Assembly: GCA_018667575.1 (NCBI GenBank)
Contig: JABIUA010000173.1
Span: 1-46,259, forward strand
Source of the DNA: Methanobacteriota archaeon
GTDB taxonomy: Archaea > Thermoplasmatota > Poseidoniia > Poseidoniales > Poseidoniaceae
Length of the DNA stretch: 46,259 nt
Direction of reading: 5' to 3'
Each line of letters begins with the position of its first letter. The first letter of the stretch is position 1. The position numbers and the translations under genes are program-made. Of this stretch, positions 45,419 through 46,259 are shown one piece after another. Under the pieces are notes generated by a model. The model was not told the origin of the DNA and ran no database searches. It saw only the letters and a list, made by a program, of their open reading frames with translations.

Positions 45419-45517
45419 ATTTTAGGCATCATCTACCCCGCTTAAGCATTGCTTATCGTTGATTGGCAAAATACTTACATTGAATAACCGGTTTGATTTG
45501 GTTAATTTAGTGAGATT

Positions 45518-46048
45518 ATGAAGATACTTGGGCTCAGCGGAGAGTATAGAACAACATCAAAATGCGGAATGCTGGTTAACCTTGCCCTTGACATTGCCAA
45601 GGGCATGGGGGCGGAAGTCGTCTTTTGGGATTTAGACACAGACCCATTGCCGATTGTTGGAGAAGATGGTTGCTGGGATAATGAGAATGTAAAGAGATTT
45701 CAAGAACTCGCTACTAGTTGTGACGCATTCCTGGTATCTTCTCCTGAATACCATGGTACAATGTCGGGTGCCATGAAGAATACATTCGATTGGCTGTATG
45801 GAAAGCATATATCTGGAAAACCAGTAGGTCTGATGTCGACTTTAGGTGGTGCACAAAATTCCAATACACTCAACCACATGCGTATTATGCTCAGATGGCT
45901 TCACGCATGGCCAGTGCCTGAACAACTTGCGATCGGGAAAGTCAAGGAAGCATTCGATGATGATGGAGAACTAGTCGATAGTGAGCATAAAGAACGTCTA
46001 GAAAAATTAGTCAAATCTGTTATTGATACCACTAAAAAATTATCTTGA
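45518..46048 (+). CDS. NAD(P)H-dependent FMN reductase family oxidoreductase
   Basis: The flavodoxin-like start is MKILGLSG. The family motif FLVSSPEYHGTMSGAMKNTFDWL is present. Confidence 0.75.
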   Translation: MKILGLSGEYRTTSKCGMLVNLALDIAKGMGAEVVFWDLDTDPLPIVGEDGCWDNENVKRFQELATSCDAFLVSSPEYHGTMSGAMKNTFDWLYGKHISGKPVGLMSTLGGAQNSNTLNHMRIMLRWLHAWPVPEQLAIGKVKEAFDDDGELVDSEHKERLEKLVKSVIDTTKKLS

Positions 46049-46062
46049 TGGTGAGAAATAAT

Positions 46063-46259
46063 ATGAGTCGACCAAGTTTTTCCGACTCATTTGGCGGCAC
46101 CTATATTCTTATTGAGCCAGATAATTATCTGATGGGAGATATAGTCGGGGATGGTCTGGATAGAGAGAAACCAATTCATAATGTTGATATTTCTAGACCG
46201 TTTTTCATTGGTGAAAGGCCTGTGACACAGGCGCATTGGAGTTCAGTGATGGGTTCTAA
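46063..46259 (+). CDS. Formylglycine-generating enzyme (SUMF1/FGE-sulfatase domain) family protein, 3' partial
   Basis: The ORF is not in the track because it has no stop inside the window. My translation is MSRPSFSDSFGGTYILIEPDNYLMGDIVGDGLDREKPIHNVDISRPFFIGERPVTQAHWSSVMGS. The pattern F.MG......E.P.H.V.....F.I....VT...W is the typical N-terminus of the FGE domain. Confidence 0.5.
   Translation, partial: MSRPSFSDSFGGTYILIEPDNYLMGDIVGDGLDREKPIHNVDISRPFFIGERPVTQAHWSSVMGS

Noticed and set aside
1-46259. Search for CRISPR arrays, transposases/integrases, tRNA/rRNA genes, and prophage or defence-island signatures
   Set aside because: I saw no regularly spaced direct repeats, no T-loop (GGTTCGAATCC-like) contexts outside coding sequence, and no recombinase-like ORFs. 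The only repeats are in-frame TSP3 coding repeats. I scanned by eye, so short or degenerate elements could have been missed.

Overview
The window is AT-rich (about 40% GC by eye), densely coding chromosomal DNA from an archaeon. The archaeal hallmarks are archease, tRNA-splicing endonuclease EndA, digeranylgeranyl-lipid reductase and a roughly 320-nt archaeal-type SRP (7S) RNA. These sit among many bacterial-like metabolic genes and very acidic secreted proteins carrying thrombospondin-type-3 (DxDxDGxxD) calcium-binding repeats. I infer, but have not shown, a marine planktonic euryarchaeote of the Marine Group II / Poseidoniales kind.

Housekeeping content: an RND/MMPL exporter (5' partial), an EVE-domain protein, a class I aminotransferase, SHMT, Xaa-Pro aminopeptidase, a futalosine-pathway radical SAM enzyme, type IA topoisomerase, quinone-dependent DHODH, a CcmE variant, PntAA/PntAB/PntB transhydrogenase, malate dehydrogenase, a YgfZ-like plus IscA-like pair, a TrmB/V4R regulator, FMN reductase and an FGE-like gene (3' partial). 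I saw no CRISPR array, transposase, integrase, tRNA or rRNA.

Most noteworthy observations:
1. A 106-codon open frame with no canonical start lies in frame directly behind the reductase stop. Its Shine-Dalgarno geometry points to an ATT start.
2. A lipobox-anchored protein carries a thrombospondin-repeat region and a C-terminal PNGase F-like domain. It sits in a tight co-directional trio with the lipid reductase.
3. A TatC-like protein carries a roughly 200-aa Cys-containing C-terminal extension and is flanked by exported proteins.
4. A CXXXY-type CcmE is abutted to pyrD with no other ccm genes in the window.
5. A 1040-aa polytopic membrane protein has a TPR-like region and a strongly basic tail.
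6. A winged-helix regulator has three TerB-like repeats and lies between archease and EndA.

All function calls rest on motif recognition by eye. None has been checked by search.
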